A stretch of DNA of 37,334 nt, from the NCBI GenBank assembly GCA_037444665.1, contig JBBILZ010000022.1, positions 1 through 37,334 of the forward strand, read 5' to 3'. Under the pieces are notes generated by a model that worked only from the letters and a program-made list of their open reading frames with translations, made no database searches and was not told where the DNA came from. Positions within the stretch are counted from its first letter, which is position 1. Every line of letters begins with the position of its first letter. Origin of the DNA: a candidate division WOR-3 bacterium (GTDB lineage: Bacteria; Hydrothermota; Tepidihabitantia; SM23-42; JAOAFX01). The position numbers and the translations under genes were made by a program. Positions 1-9,838 of this stretch are shown piece after piece.

Positions 1-1576
1 CCCGCAGCCGGACGACCTCTTCCAGGGCTGAATCAGTATATTTGTCAATGGTCTCACTTGATTTACCAAGTTTTTCTTGGCATATATTTTTAATCCGCTC
101 TAAAGATAGATTTATCGTTGAGAGCGGGTTTTTAATATCGTGGGCCAGTCGCTGGGCAAATTCAGACCATTCAAAAATTTGATTGGTTTGGTCTCTTTTA
201 TTCTGGAGTTCTCTGCGTAACTTCAAAGAATAAATAGTTAAAGCACCTATTGTAATTACAAAAATACAGAAGATTACTGCATAAAGGAACAGGTTGTTTG
301 ATTTGAGCCTGCCTGTAAATAAACCATACCCTGTGATTGACATCACAGAATAATTATATGGTGTTGTGTCACCACTTGCAATCAGTAGGTTTCTTTTTTT
401 GCCATCATCAATGATTGATACATTGAATGGAGTGTTGTTCTCAGCACGATATTCTCCAATCTGTTGTAAATATTCATTGAAGATCAAAAGTTTATTATCC
501 GCTGTTTTAGCGATGAGTTCTGTTGTTCCATCACCGTCAAAATCTGCGGCATCAATTACGGTCGTGGGAATGCCTATCTCCTTTGCAATCAGAATGTCCA
601 GATTTGAATCATAAATTCGGATTGTGCCATCAGTATTACCGGCAATAATCTCTTTTTTCTCATCTCTGTTGATATCACAGACAACCATTCCTGCAAACTT
701 TTCTCCACTTTTTATAAATTTTTTCGTTTGTCCATCTTTGCCATTTAGAATAATAATCTGGTTCGGCACTGTTTTATCACCGGTTCATTCACACTCTATT
801 GCCACCACATTCATCTCATTTTTATTTTCAAGGTCACCAACCCAGCACAAGACATCAGAGAATGAACCACCTATTTCTCTGTGCCACAAAACATTACCAT
901 ATTTATTAAAGACAATCACATAAGATTTTTGGTCACTGAATCCATTTATGATACTGCCATTTGAAACTGCAGTTGTGCTTATGACTATTTCTTCGTTGCC
1001 ATCATTGTCTACATCAACTACAAAAAGATGCTTTGGGCTGGGTCCTGTCCAGAAATGCCATAATTCTTTATTGTTTTTTAAATCATAAGCCAATATGCCG
1101 CGCGGTTGCATTTCAAAAGCAGTATTGATATTCAATATCAGGTCTTTATTATAGTCGTTATTTATATCTAATAATTTTGCATCGCAGATATCACCATCCC
1201 AGATGCCTGTTTTTTTTGTATTATTAACTGCAATAAATTTATTTATTGGTCTGTTCTCTGAATATATATGAACCCATGCACGATTATCTTTTTTTTGCCG
1301 AAATAGCAATTCTTTCGGTGGTTTGTTATCAATATCAAGGCAACCAAGGAACTGGCAATCTTCTTCAGTAAAATTGATCTGGAAAAGGCTGATATTCTTT
1401 TGATTGGTAAGATAGAATCTTGTATCATTCTTTACTGCCAATTCCTGGCAGTTATCATTATCAAAATAGATTGGTATTACTGCATCTGCTTTGAACTGTA
1501 AAATACAATTTAATGCAAATTTATTTTCAGCTACACCAAAAACCTGCAGGGCTAATAAAATTAAAGTTACTTTCAT
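1..1576 (-). CDS. Membrane sensor histidine kinase with extracellular FG-GAP/beta-propeller region; interrupted by in-frame TGA at 785-787; C-terminus runs off the window
   Basis: The 263-aa ORF has a signal peptide and DxDxDG-type repeats. Manual translation past the TGA stays open to base 1: TGDKTVPNQIIILNGKDG...DINRDEKKEII...DFDGDGTTELI..., a TM helix (LFLYAVIFCIFVITIGALTIY) and an H-box (FAQRLAHDIKNPLSTI). Confidence 0.85.
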
Positions 1577-1588
1577 AAACCCTGTAGT

Positions 1589-1616
1589 ATTATAATCCCT
1601 TTTCTACTTTTGTCAA
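1589..1616 (-). promoter_or_regulatory. sigma70-like promoter TTGACA-N16-TATAAT
   Basis: Consensus hexamers; -10 box ends 12 nt before the ATG at 1576. Confidence 0.75.
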
Positions 1617-1662
1617 GAAAAAAAATTAATTTAATATAATTATTCAAAAATGTATTAGATAA

Positions 1663-1736
1663 TGTGGTCGCACGATTTTTCGTGCTAAATGGTTAAAAAT
1701 TTTATACCGCATTGCGCCATAAATGTCGCAACTACA
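1663..1736. repeat. Inverted pair of REP-like hairpins (REPIN-like)
   Basis: + strand TGTGG-tc-GCACGA-tttt-TCGTGC (1663-1685); - strand TGTAG-tt-GCGACAT-tt-ATGGCGC (1736-1714). Confidence 0.6.
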
Positions 1737-1782
1737 AATTTTCACTGAGATTGAATAATTATCTTTTTGACAATGGGGTAGT

Positions 1783-1944
1783 TTATTCTTTTTTCTTTAT
1801 AATTTCCCAATATGTGCCGATTAAAAAGCCCAGCACTATTAAAAACAGAATTAATATCGTCCTCCAGAATCCGACTGTTGCCAGAAAGATTCCAATTATA
1901 CCAGCAACAATTGCACCAATAATACCTTTATTAAATTTTACCAT
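1783..1944 (-). CDS. Small membrane protein, DUF2273-like (53 aa, not in ORF track)
   Basis: Translates to MVKFNKGIIGAIVAGIIGIFLATVGFWRTILILFLIVLGFLIGTYWEIIKKKE; two TM segments with a GFWRT motif; has its own promoter. Confidence 0.8.
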   Translation of the reverse strand: MVKFNKGIIGAIVAGIIGIFLATVGFWRTILILFLIVLGFLIGTYWEIIKKKE

Positions 1945-1949
1945 AGGTT

Positions 1950-1977
1950 ATTTTATTCAATTTAAGATGGTTGTCAA
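1950..1977 (-). promoter_or_regulatory. Promoter TTGACA-N16-TAAAAT, probably leaderless
   Basis: 5 nt between the -10 box and the ATG at 1944; no SD. Confidence 0.7.
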
Positions 1978-1981
1978 GGAT

Positions 1982-3472
1982 TTATTCGCTTATATTATAG
2001 AGATAGGCTGAGGCACCGGGTGCAGTGTATGACTCAATACATTGGCCGAGGCAATTCAGATAAGATAAAAATAGTTTTTCTTCATTTACGCCGAGATGTG
2101 TGGCAATGTGCGAAAATAGAAACCAGACCCTTTTATTCCCTTTAAGATTTTGAATGTCCCGGTAATATCCAGTCCAGTCAGTGCGCGATTCCACACCGGC
2201 AATATAATCATCACCAATATTGGAAAATCTTTCTTGATAATATCTGAATGCATTTACTGCTCCATAATAGACATAAATAATATCACCTTCTTTTTTATGC
2301 TTCTGAACATATTCCAGCACCGTCCTCAATTCTTCCGGTGCCCTGGGTTTAATGAGATGATAAACTGCAGAAAAAATTGGATGTATCAAAATAATCACTA
2401 CAATGAGAACAGCAATCTGTTTTGAATTTTTTTGAATGATTTCATATATCCTGCTCAAGCCTGAGCTTGCAAAAATAAATAGAAATGGCGTTATAAACAA
2501 TAAGACACGACCGGCAAAGGGATACAGATGCAGACTTGAACCAAGGATAGTAATTATTATTGGCATAATAAAGATGAGTGTATAATATCTATTTTTGCGC
2601 CAATAGGTTGCCATCCCAATAAAGAACAGGAGAATTGCGAATAAATATTCGTAAATAGAAAACCCGCCAGGATTTTTAAAGATGCGGATAAGATTATAGA
2701 ACAATAGATATAACTCTTGCCAGGATTTTGGTGGTAATGGTATGAATGAACTCTGCCAGAAATTCATAAGTTCCTTATGCTTTGTTAGGGCTCGGAGTGA
2801 GATTGAATAATTGATACCCAGGCTTAAAAACCAGATTATACCAGCGATTAATAAAAGTAAAAAGGCAGACCTGTTTTTATTTTTTATTAAAAATAATGCG
2901 AGGGCTAACCAGGAGCCACAAAAAACAAATACAGAAGGAAAAGAGAACCATATAAAAATTGCACTGACAAGCCCCAGCGGTATTATTAAGGATAAAGATT
3001 GTGGAAAGTTTTTGATGATAATCATAGAGAGCAAAATTATTATTAAAGAAAAGAATACATCACTTGAATAAGGTTTTACTTCAGAAGAAAAATATATAAG
3101 TGAGTCATTAACAATAAAAAGGCAGAGCGCAAAGATTCGGATTTTAAAATCACCCAAAAATCCCACAATTTTTAAAAAAAGAAAGAGTGCAAGTATACCG
3201 GTTATCAGCGAGAATATTCTTAAGGCAAATTCATTATTACCCATAATATTAACACAAAGCTTTTCTACATAGAGAAAGCCGATAGGTGCTGCCTGGACAT
3301 AATCAAGCGGTTTTAATAATTCCGGGTATGAACGCTCAATAATATTCATTGCCAGTGGTGCCTCACCTTCAGTGAGTGAACGATTATAAAAATACTGGCT
3401 CACACGGAAAATAATTCCGATAATGATTAAGAATAGTGGCAGATATCTGAATATCTTTTTCTGGTTAAACAC
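1982..3472 (-). CDS. GT-C fold (ArnT/PMT-like, GT39/83) membrane glycosyltransferase
   Basis: Multi-TM protein; RSLTEGEA, QAAPIGF, NEFALR and SSEVKPYSSD motifs; GTG start. Confidence 0.75.
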   Translation of the reverse strand: MFNQKKIFRYLPLFLIIIGIIFRVSQYFYNRSLTEGEAPLAMNIIERSYPELLKPLDYVQAAPIGFLYVEKLCVNIMGNNEFALRIFSLITGILALFLFLKIVGFLGDFKIRIFALCLFIVNDSLIYFSSEVKPYSSDVFFSLIIILLSMIIIKNFPQSLSLIIPLGLVSAIFIWFSFPSVFVFCGSWLALALFLIKNKNRSAFLLLLIAGIIWFLSLGINYSISLRALTKHKELMNFWQSSFIPLPPKSWQELYLLFYNLIRIFKNPGGFSIYEYLFAILLFFIGMATYWRKNRYYTLIFIMPIIITILGSSLHLYPFAGRVLLFITPFLFIFASSGLSRIYEIIQKNSKQIAVLIVVIILIHPIFSAVYHLIKPRAPEELRTVLEYVQKHKKEGDIIYVYYGAVNAFRYYQERFSNIGDDYIAGVESRTDWTGYYRDIQNLKGNKRVWFLFSHIATHLGVNEEKLFLSYLNCLGQCIESYTAPGASAYLYNISE

Positions 3473-3477
3473 CTCAA

Positions 3478-3505
3478 ATTATAATGATTGTTATTAATAT
3501 GTCAA
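3478..3505 (-). promoter_or_regulatory. Promoter TTGACA-N16-TATAAT, probably leaderless
   Basis: 5 nt before the GTG at 3472. Confidence 0.75.
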
Positions 3506-3599
3506 TCAATTTTTGATAATAAACCGAACAATTTTTAAACCCGCACCATACAAAAAATTTCTGTTGACTTTGTGGTTATAATTGATTAATATCTATATA

Positions 3600-5573
3600 A
3601 TGAATTTTGCTGGTGCATATATCTGGTTGTTCTGTGTTTTACTCAAAGCAAAGGACCCATTGGGAAACGATATTTCTGGAGATAACCAGGTGGGAATTGC
3701 TGGACAATTACTTGAAAGACCTGTTGTAGTCAGGTTAATAAATGAAAATGGGCAGGCAATTAAGAATACCAGGATGCTTTTCTCAGTCTTGCAGGAACCA
3801 ATCATAAATAATGTTACTGGACAGAGAGCCAGCATTGAACCGGAAACAGTATATACAGACCAGGAAGGCTATGCAAAAGTTAACATTAGATTGGGGAAGG
3901 GCACTGGTGATTATTATATTGTTGCCCGACATAATGATGACCTGCTGAGTTTCCATTTTATGGTTATTCAAAAGAATTGGTTAGTGCTGATGCTTTTATT
4001 TATTATTGGTGGCATAGCATTATTTATATTTGGTTTAAATTATGGAAGTAAGGGTTTAATTCGTGGTGCCGGTTCAAGGACCAGAGATTTATTATTTAAC
4101 CTCACGAATAATCGATTCTTTGCACTTGCGAGTGGGTTTATTACTGCAATCATTATGGGTTCGTGCACAGCAACGGCATCTCTGCTAATTAAATTCGCTT
4201 CTGCTGGTCTTGTTACACTACTACCCGCACTTGGTGTGATACTTGGTGCCAATATTGGTTCAACAATTACGGTTCAGCTCCTTGCCTTTAATATTATGGA
4301 TTATGCACTTTTGATTGTGGCAATAGGTGTGTTCTTGAGGATACTATTCCCCAAATTAAGAAATATTGCTCAGTTTATTTTTGGATTCGGATTACTATTC
4401 TTTTCACTTAAGATAATGTCTGATGGCGTTGCCAATCTGAAGTATTTGAATGGGTTTGACACGTTAATTGAATATTTGCAACAAAGTCCTGTCTTAGCAG
4501 TTTTACTGGGCGCTCTATTTTCTTTTATTTTTCGTTCCAGTACTGCAGTTCTGGGTTTTATTCTCGTACTCTCATTTGAATCATTGATATCATTGCAGAC
4601 CGCATTGATTCTGGTTTTAGGCACAAATCTTGGCGCCACTATATTACCGTTTTTTATTGCGGATACTGTTTATGGCAGAAGGATTGCACTGGGAAACTTT
4701 CTTTTTAAATTTGTTACGCTGTGTATCTGTTTGTTGCTGATTAATTATTTTGTTGGATTCTTAAATGTGTTCGGTGGTAATAATGCGCGCCAGGTAGCAA
4801 ACTTTCACACTTTTTTTAATATCATTAATGCATTGCTCTTTATGCCATTGCTCAATCCGGCGAGTAGAGTTTTAAAATCGCTCGTAATGGAAACAAAAAA
4901 AGAGATTCTGAAAGGTAAAAAACTTGACCCGGCATTCCTTGATACACCCGCAATCGGTATGGGACAGGCATTAAAAGAGATTCTTTATATGGCAGACAAG
5001 ACGCTCAAGATGCTTGAGAATGCAATAAAAGTCTATGAAAAAAAGGATATTGTCTTAAGAAAAGAAATAATGCTCGCGGATGATGAAATTGATGCGACCG
5101 AAGAGGCAGTTACATCTTATCTTTCAAAATTGGTGCCCGAAGAGATGGATGAAGATTTACGAAAAATGCAGGGAGGGTTATTAACAATAACTGCTGAACT
5201 GGAGCATATCGGAGATATTATCTCTAAAAATCTTATGAATTATGCAAAAAAACAGATTGATGAGGGTATGGTATTCTCCACTGAAGGTTTTTCTGAAATC
5301 AAAGAATACTACAATTTTGTGCTGGCTACATTAAAAATGGCAATATCCTGCCTGACAACCCGTGATAAAAGTCTTATCGCAGAAGTTACAGAGAGACGGG
5401 ATGTGGCTCTAAAGATGGCAAAAAATTTTGAGATGAAACACCTTGAGCGTTTAAACCGAGGATTAAAAGAAAGTCTTGAGACTTCCGCAATACATCTTGA
5501 TATTTTGAGTGACCTGGAAAGGATTAATTTCCATGCAAGTGAAATTGCCAATGTGGTGAAGGAACTAAAATGA
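3600..5573 (+). CDS. Na+/phosphate symporter (NptA/YjbB family) with N-terminal Ig-like domain and C-terminal PhoU-like repeats
   Basis: GANIGSTIT, RSSTA, GTNLGAT and ARQVANFHTFFN motifs; ELEHIGD and DLERI PhoU-like helices; N-terminal SGDNQVG...TDQEGYA resembles a Big_1 domain. ATG 3600 preferred over TTG 3582. Confidence 0.85.
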   Translation: MNFAGAYIWLFCVLLKAKDPLGNDISGDNQVGIAGQLLERPVVVRLINENGQAIKNTRMLFSVLQEPIINNVTGQRASIEPETVYTDQEGYAKVNIRLGKGTGDYYIVARHNDDLLSFHFMVIQKNWLVLMLLFIIGGIALFIFGLNYGSKGLIRGAGSRTRDLLFNLTNNRFFALASGFITAIIMGSCTATASLLIKFASAGLVTLLPALGVILGANIGSTITVQLLAFNIMDYALLIVAIGVFLRILFPKLRNIAQFIFGFGLLFFSLKIMSDGVANLKYLNGFDTLIEYLQQSPVLAVLLGALFSFIFRSSTAVLGFILVLSFESLISLQTALILVLGTNLGATILPFFIADTVYGRRIALGNFLFKFVTLCICLLLINYFVGFLNVFGGNNARQVANFHTFFNIINALLFMPLLNPASRVLKSLVMETKKEILKGKKLDPAFLDTPAIGMGQALKEILYMADKTLKMLENAIKVYEKKDIVLRKEIMLADDEIDATEEAVTSYLSKLVPEEMDEDLRKMQGGLLTITAELEHIGDIISKNLMNYAKKQIDEGMVFSTEGFSEIKEYYNFVLATLKMAISCLTTRDKSLIAEVTERRDVALKMAKNFEMKHLERLNRGLKESLETSAIHLDILSDLERINFHASEIANVVKELK

Positions 5574-7486
5574 AGACGAAGAGTTATCTTTTTATTGTCA
5601 TTATTTTAATCACTCTCTTAGGACTATTTTTTATTTTGAGTATTAGAAACAGCCAGCGCGTGATGCTTTCCTTCTTTGAAGAAGAAGCACGTTCATTTTT
5701 AAAATTGATTGCTCTTGCCCAGGAAAATTCTATATTTGCAGAAGCTGAGCTTGAAGATAAGATCACTGACAATCTGTTGAATATAATTTCGTATATCAAT
5801 GAATATGGATATAATCAGGAGATATTAAATAGAATAAGACAAAATTTTAATCTCAGTTCAATTATGATTTATGATGGAGTACAAAAAAAAGTTATCATAA
5901 AATCGGGCAATCCATACGAGCTTGATATTGGAAGTGTCCAGGGTGAAAAGAATATTAATTATTACTATTTTTCTGTGCTCAACGAAAAATATATCCGTTT
6001 TGTTTACCGGCTAAACCAGAAAATATTTCAGATTGAGTTATCTGCTGAAGAGGTAAGAAGATTTAGCCAGGAATACGGAATAGGTAAAATCTTGAATCAA
6101 ATGGCGGATAATCCACTTGTTCATTATGTATTACTTCAAGATTTGCAGGGAATAATATTTGCGACACCAAATATCAAAACGATGCCCAGAATAGATAGTG
6201 ACCCGGTTCTACTCAATGCTTTAAATAATGGAGAAGAGATAACCCGTATCATAACATTCGGGAACAAAAAGGTGCTTGAGATAGTTCAGCCTTTTATTGT
6301 TGAGAAAAATATGATTGGTCTATTGAGGATAGGGATGAATCTTGATAATTATTATCAACATGTAAAAAATACATATATTCAGCTAACATTGATTTTCATT
6401 GTCCTTTTATTTGCCGGAACATTCATTTTTGCAATCTTTGTTAAATATCAGGAATATCAGATGCGCGAACAATTTTTTGCTCACATCTTTGGTGCAATAG
6501 AGGAAGGCGTATTGCTTATTGATAATAAGGGTAAAATTACAGGATGCAACAGAATGTTCATCAGAATGACTGAAACATCGGACAGTTTATTATTAAATCA
6601 GCACTATAATGATAAATTTAATAATGACCCTTTTTCAGTGAATCTTGTTCAACAGACAGGCACACCGGTTGAGGAGGAGAAGAAGATATTCCAAAAAATA
6701 ATTAGATATACTACATATCCGATATTTGATACAAACAAAAAACTGGCAGGCACAATCTCTGTATTACATGATATGACAGAATTGCGCAGGCAGGAGAAAG
6801 AGCAGAAAGAAAAAGAGCGATTGAGTTTTTTAGGAAATCTTGTTGCAAATTTTGCCCATGAGATAAAAAATCCATTGAATGGACTGTCAATTGCGGCTCA
6901 GCGTTTGCAAAGAGAATACCCCCAGCAGAATGAAGAGTATAGTAAATTAATTAGCATAATCATTAAGGAGATTGATTCAATGACCAAGATTCTCAATGAC
7001 TTTCTCAGCCTTGTCCGACCCCAGGTCAAGGAATATCAGGAATTTGACTTGAGCGAATTGACCAGAGAGGTGGGTATGTTGATAAAAGAACAAATGAACC
7101 AGAAAGGGATAAAGTATATTGAAAATATTGAAACCGGGATAAAGTGTGTGGCAAGTTTTGAGGATATAAAAAGGGTATTGATGAACCTTTTGCTTAATGC
7201 AGTGGATGCTGTTTCATCAGTGGCTGACCGTGAACCTGAAATCAGTATTTCATTAAAGCGGAAAAAGATGTATATTGCAATAGAAATTACAGATAATGGA
7301 CCGGGCATACCTGCTCAGGCATTAAAGAAAATATTTGAACCGTATTATACGACAAAAAAAGGAGGGACAGGTTTGGGACTTTACATTGCCCAGAAGATTA
7401 TCAATGAACACAATGGTAAGATAAAGGTCCAGAGTAGTGCCGGGAAAGGCACGACTTTTTCCGTGATACTGCCGTATAAAAAATGA
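5570..7486 (+). CDS. Sensor histidine kinase (2 TM, PAS, HisKA, HATPase)
   Basis: AHEIKNPL H-box, NLLLNA, DNGPGI, FEPYYTTK, GTGLGL; ATGA overlap with the symporter stop. Confidence 0.92.
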   Translation: MKTKSYLFIVIILITLLGLFFILSIRNSQRVMLSFFEEEARSFLKLIALAQENSIFAEAELEDKITDNLLNIISYINEYGYNQEILNRIRQNFNLSSIMIYDGVQKKVIIKSGNPYELDIGSVQGEKNINYYYFSVLNEKYIRFVYRLNQKIFQIELSAEEVRRFSQEYGIGKILNQMADNPLVHYVLLQDLQGIIFATPNIKTMPRIDSDPVLLNALNNGEEITRIITFGNKKVLEIVQPFIVEKNMIGLLRIGMNLDNYYQHVKNTYIQLTLIFIVLLFAGTFIFAIFVKYQEYQMREQFFAHIFGAIEEGVLLIDNKGKITGCNRMFIRMTETSDSLLLNQHYNDKFNNDPFSVNLVQQTGTPVEEEKKIFQKIIRYTTYPIFDTNKKLAGTISVLHDMTELRRQEKEQKEKERLSFLGNLVANFAHEIKNPLNGLSIAAQRLQREYPQQNEEYSKLISIIIKEIDSMTKILNDFLSLVRPQVKEYQEFDLSELTREVGMLIKEQMNQKGIKYIENIETGIKCVASFEDIKRVLMNLLLNAVDAVSSVADREPEISISLKRKKMYIAIEITDNGPGIPAQALKKIFEPYYTTKKGGTGLGLYIAQKIINEHNGKIKVQSSAGKGTTFSVILPYKK

Positions 7487-7498
7487 ATTACAGGTGGC

Positions 7499-7526
7499 TT
7501 GACTTTGTAGCCTTTTTGGATAAAAT
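7499..7526 (+). promoter_or_regulatory. Promoter TTGACT-N16-TAAAAT followed by SD GAGGAG
   Basis: Directly upstream of the ATG at 7544. Confidence 0.7.
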
Positions 7527-7543
7527 TTCAAAAGAGGAGTATT

Positions 7544-8908
7544 ATGATTGAAAAAAAAGAGGCAAAAAAAATTATTGATTTTATATTAAAAAAATCAAAG
7601 GCAGACCAGACCGAAGTAGTAATTTATCAATTTGATTCATCACTTACAAGATATGCAAATAATTACATTCATCAGAATGTTGAAGAGTCCAATACAGTTC
7701 TTTTAATTCGCGTTATTTTTGGTAAAAAAATTGGTTCTGCATATACTAATTCTACGGCAATTCCCAAAATTGAAGAAACTCTGCGCTGGGCTGAAACGAT
7801 TGCCCGATTTCAGGTTGACAACCCTTACTTTGAAAATCTACCTTGTATCAAACCCGGGCAGTACAAAAAAGTTATTTCTTATTTTCCACATACTGCACTT
7901 TTATCACCGCTGGAGCGCGCCAATGCAGTCAAAGAAATAGTGGATGTGGCAAAAAAACATGCTCTTGTGTGTTATGGTTCAGTATCTAATGGAAGTGCTG
8001 TTGTTGCTCTTGGCAATTCAAATGGGACATTTGCATTTAATAAGAGTAGCGATGTTTTTACTAATATTGTTATGGCAACAGATAATTCTACTGGATATGT
8101 GCAGTACGGAGCAAAGACCATAAAAGAAATAGATTTTGTAAAACTGGCACAGACCGCTGCAGTAAAGGCTCTAATGTCAAAAAATCCTGTGGAGATAGCA
8201 CCTGGCAAATACACTACCATATTTGAACCACTCGCAGTTAATGACCTGTTGGGTTATCTTGCATATTATGCTTTTAATGGCAGGAACTATGAAGAGGGTC
8301 GTTCTTATCTTTGCGGCAGATTGATGACTCAGATTGTTGATAAGGGTATTACTATCATTGATGATCCATTCTACAAAAAGGGATTCCCTGCGTCATTTGA
8401 TTTTGAAGGTGTGCCGAAACGACGTTTGGCACTGATTGATAAAGGGGTTGCAAAAAATGTCGTATATGATTCTTTGACTGCAGCCAAAGCAAAGAAGAAA
8501 TCCACCGGCCATGCTATGATGTATCCCAACCCATTTGGTCCTGTGCCTATGCATCTGATAATGAAGGGCGGGAATAGTTCAATTGGAGAGATGATAGCGA
8601 ATACAAAAGAGGGAATTCTGGTTACGCGTTTGCATTATACAAATGTAATTGACCCTTACAAATTGGTTATTACTGGAATGACAAGGGATGGAACTTTTCT
8701 TATTGAAGATGGCAGGATAACAAAGGGTATAAAAAATTTACGCTTTACAGAAAATTTAATTGAGGCATTTAACCGTGTTGAAGCCATTTCTAAGAAGGCA
8801 GAACTGGTTGCAGATGAACCCGGCTATGGTGGAAGGATGGCGCATGGAATGGTTGTGCCATCAGTTAAAATAAAAGACTTCACCTTTACGAGTGCCACTG
8901 AATTCTAA
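7544..8908 (+). CDS. TldD/PmbA family protein, non-catalytic TldE/PmbA-like subunit
   Basis: TRYANNYIHQN, FDFEGVP, STGHA, TGMTRDGTFLIEDG, NLRF motifs; no HExxxH zinc motif. Confidence 0.85.
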   Translation: MIEKKEAKKIIDFILKKSKADQTEVVIYQFDSSLTRYANNYIHQNVEESNTVLLIRVIFGKKIGSAYTNSTAIPKIEETLRWAETIARFQVDNPYFENLPCIKPGQYKKVISYFPHTALLSPLERANAVKEIVDVAKKHALVCYGSVSNGSAVVALGNSNGTFAFNKSSDVFTNIVMATDNSTGYVQYGAKTIKEIDFVKLAQTAAVKALMSKNPVEIAPGKYTTIFEPLAVNDLLGYLAYYAFNGRNYEEGRSYLCGRLMTQIVDKGITIIDDPFYKKGFPASFDFEGVPKRRLALIDKGVAKNVVYDSLTAAKAKKKSTGHAMMYPNPFGPVPMHLIMKGGNSSIGEMIANTKEGILVTRLHYTNVIDPYKLVITGMTRDGTFLIEDGRITKGIKNLRFTENLIEAFNRVEAISKKAELVADEPGYGGRMAHGMVVPSVKIKDFTFTSATEF

Positions 8909-8929
8909 AGAATAAATATAGTTGATGTA

Positions 8930-9793
8930 ATGAGTGATTTTTTAAGACTCTTAAGAGCCGAACAGTGGGTGAAGAATATCTTTATCTTTGCCGGATTGGT
9001 CTTCAGCAGAGAGTTCCATAGACCAGAAAAGATTGGAATCACTTTTTTAGGATTTATAATTTTTTCACTTCTCAGTAGTGCCGGTTACATTATTAATGAT
9101 ATCATAGACCGCGCAGAAGACAGACAGATTAATACCAAAATGGACCGCCCTATTGCTGCGGGCAGAATAAAGATAGGATATGCCTTGATTCTTTCATTGA
9201 TATTGATTTTTTTATCCCTTGCGGCAGCGTATTTCGTAAATAAAAATTTTTTTTATGTTGCACTTATCTATATTGGGTTAAGCATTCTCTATTCTCTTTT
9301 GATTAAATATCTTGTTATCCTTGATGTTCTGGTCATCGCGATTGGCTATGTTTTACGTTCTGTGGCAGGAGCAGTCGTAATTAATGTGGATATTTCATCC
9401 TGGTTAATACTATGCACATTTTTGCTTGCATTATTCATTATTCTTTCCAAAAGAAAGGCAGAAATTCTTATTTTGGGCAGTGATGCAGTTAAACATAGAA
9501 AAGTATTGTCCTATTATTCTGTTGATTTGTTAAATCATATGATTACCATAGCAATTTCTGCCTGTATTGTTGCATATTGCATTTACACTCTTTCGCTGGA
9601 TACAGTTTCCAAATTTCATACGAGGAATCTGGTCTTTACTATTCCCTTTGTAATTTATGGTTTATTTCGTTATCTCTATCTCATTGAAAAAAAGAGCGGG
9701 ACCGATATGCCCAATCGTGCCCTGATTGGTGATCTGCCAATGATTATAAATTTTGCCCTGTGGGGTATTGCCTGTATTTTGATTTTAAAGTAA
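8930..9793 (+). CDS. Decaprenyl-phosphate phosphoribosyltransferase-like (UbiA family)
   Basis: QWVKN, YIINDIIDRAED, RPIAAG, GYVLR, KRKAE and YGLFRY motifs. Confidence 0.88.
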   Translation: MSDFLRLLRAEQWVKNIFIFAGLVFSREFHRPEKIGITFLGFIIFSLLSSAGYIINDIIDRAEDRQINTKMDRPIAAGRIKIGYALILSLILIFLSLAAAYFVNKNFFYVALIYIGLSILYSLLIKYLVILDVLVIAIGYVLRSVAGAVVINVDISSWLILCTFLLALFIILSKRKAEILILGSDAVKHRKVLSYYSVDLLNHMITIAISACIVAYCIYTLSLDTVSKFHTRNLVFTIPFVIYGLFRYLYLIEKKSGTDMPNRALIGDLPMIINFALWGIACILILK

Positions 9794-9838
9794 TTTCCAT
9801 TACTAAACAATTTTTATTTTTGCCTGTCTAAAATTTGT

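Noticed and set aside
366..923. + strand ORFs 366-614 and 624-923, and the many other short antisense or alternate-frame ORFs in the track
   Set aside because: They are shadows of well-supported genes on the opposite strand or frame and have no recognisable motifs.
1712..2011. 99-aa + strand ORF
   Set aside because: Antisense to the DUF2273-like gene, which has its own promoter.
7544..8908. TldE/PmbA as a sign of a RiPP or microcin cluster
   Set aside because: No TldD partner, precursor peptide or modification enzymes nearby.
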